Origin: Vicugna vicugna
Taxonomy: Eukaryota
Assembly: GCA_013265495.1 (NCBI GenBank)
Contig: MU058206.1
Span: forward strand, 124,001-186,000
DNA length: 62,000 nucleotides
Direction: 5' to 3'
In this document: positions 61,877-62,000 of the stretch, one piece after another
Layout of the letters: the number at the start of each line of letters is the position of its first letter
How positions within the stretch are numbered: the stretch's first letter is position 1
Made by a program: the position numbers and the translations under genes
The notes under the pieces: generated by a model
Seen by the model: only the letters and a program-made list of their open reading frames with translations
Told to the model about the DNA's origin: nothing
Databases searched by the model: none

Positions 61877-61907
61877 CTGGGATTGGCTTGCAGGATTTAC
61901 CAAGGAC
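61877..61907 (-). CDS. SLC35B1: SLC35B1 internal coding exon (probably exon 4), 31 nt, VLGKSCKPIP(V)
   Basis: Minus strand reads tttcag|GTC CTT GGT AAA TCC TGC AAG CCA ATC CCA G|gtaagc. It encodes the KSCKPIPV motif of SLC35B nucleotide-sugar-transporter-family proteins, and its phase joins the next exon. Confidence 0.95.
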
Positions 61908-62000
61908 CTGAAATTAAATTCAGTAAATAGTCTGTGAGCGTCTGTGATGTGCCAGGTACTGTGCTAGGTGCTGCGTTAAGATGAGTAAGTGCGGGGCCTG

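Noticed and set aside
1..62000. CRISPR arrays, operons or other prokaryotic systems
   Set aside because: The sequence is clearly mammalian, with spliceosomal introns and LINEs/SINEs, and has no regularly spaced repeat-spacer array.

Overview
Mammalian genomic DNA, most likely camelid: it carries seven copies of a tRNA-derived SINE resembling vic-1. Two minus-strand genes lie in tandem. The right end (58122-61907) holds the last six coding exons of SLC35B1 (ER ATP/ADP exchanger AXER/UGTrel1), all with GT-AG boundaries and a continuous frame, plus its 3'UTR. A CpG island at about 40.8-41.7 kb contains a non-coding first exon (donor at 41202) that I identify as SPOP exon 1 from recalled 5'UTR sequence and SLC35B1-SPOP synteny. 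Positions 1-41202 are therefore SPOP intron 1, and no SPOP coding exon is in the window. The rest is mostly interspersed repeats (L1, L2, MIR, hAT Charlie1/MER53/MER5, MADE2, MLT1). Almost all ORF-track entries are spurious or repeat-derived. I found no convincing novel multi-gene system. The best leads are: (1) a 5'-truncated EDC4 retrocopy antisense in SPOP intron 1, sharing a triplicated target site with a young L1; (2) stacked uORFs over a (TG)n tract in SPOP exon 1; (3) candidate micro-exons and recursive splice sites; (4) a possible second first exon beside NRF1 sites; (5) several unusual retro-insertions. Repeat-family names are from recalled consensus sequences, and repeat boundaries are approximate.
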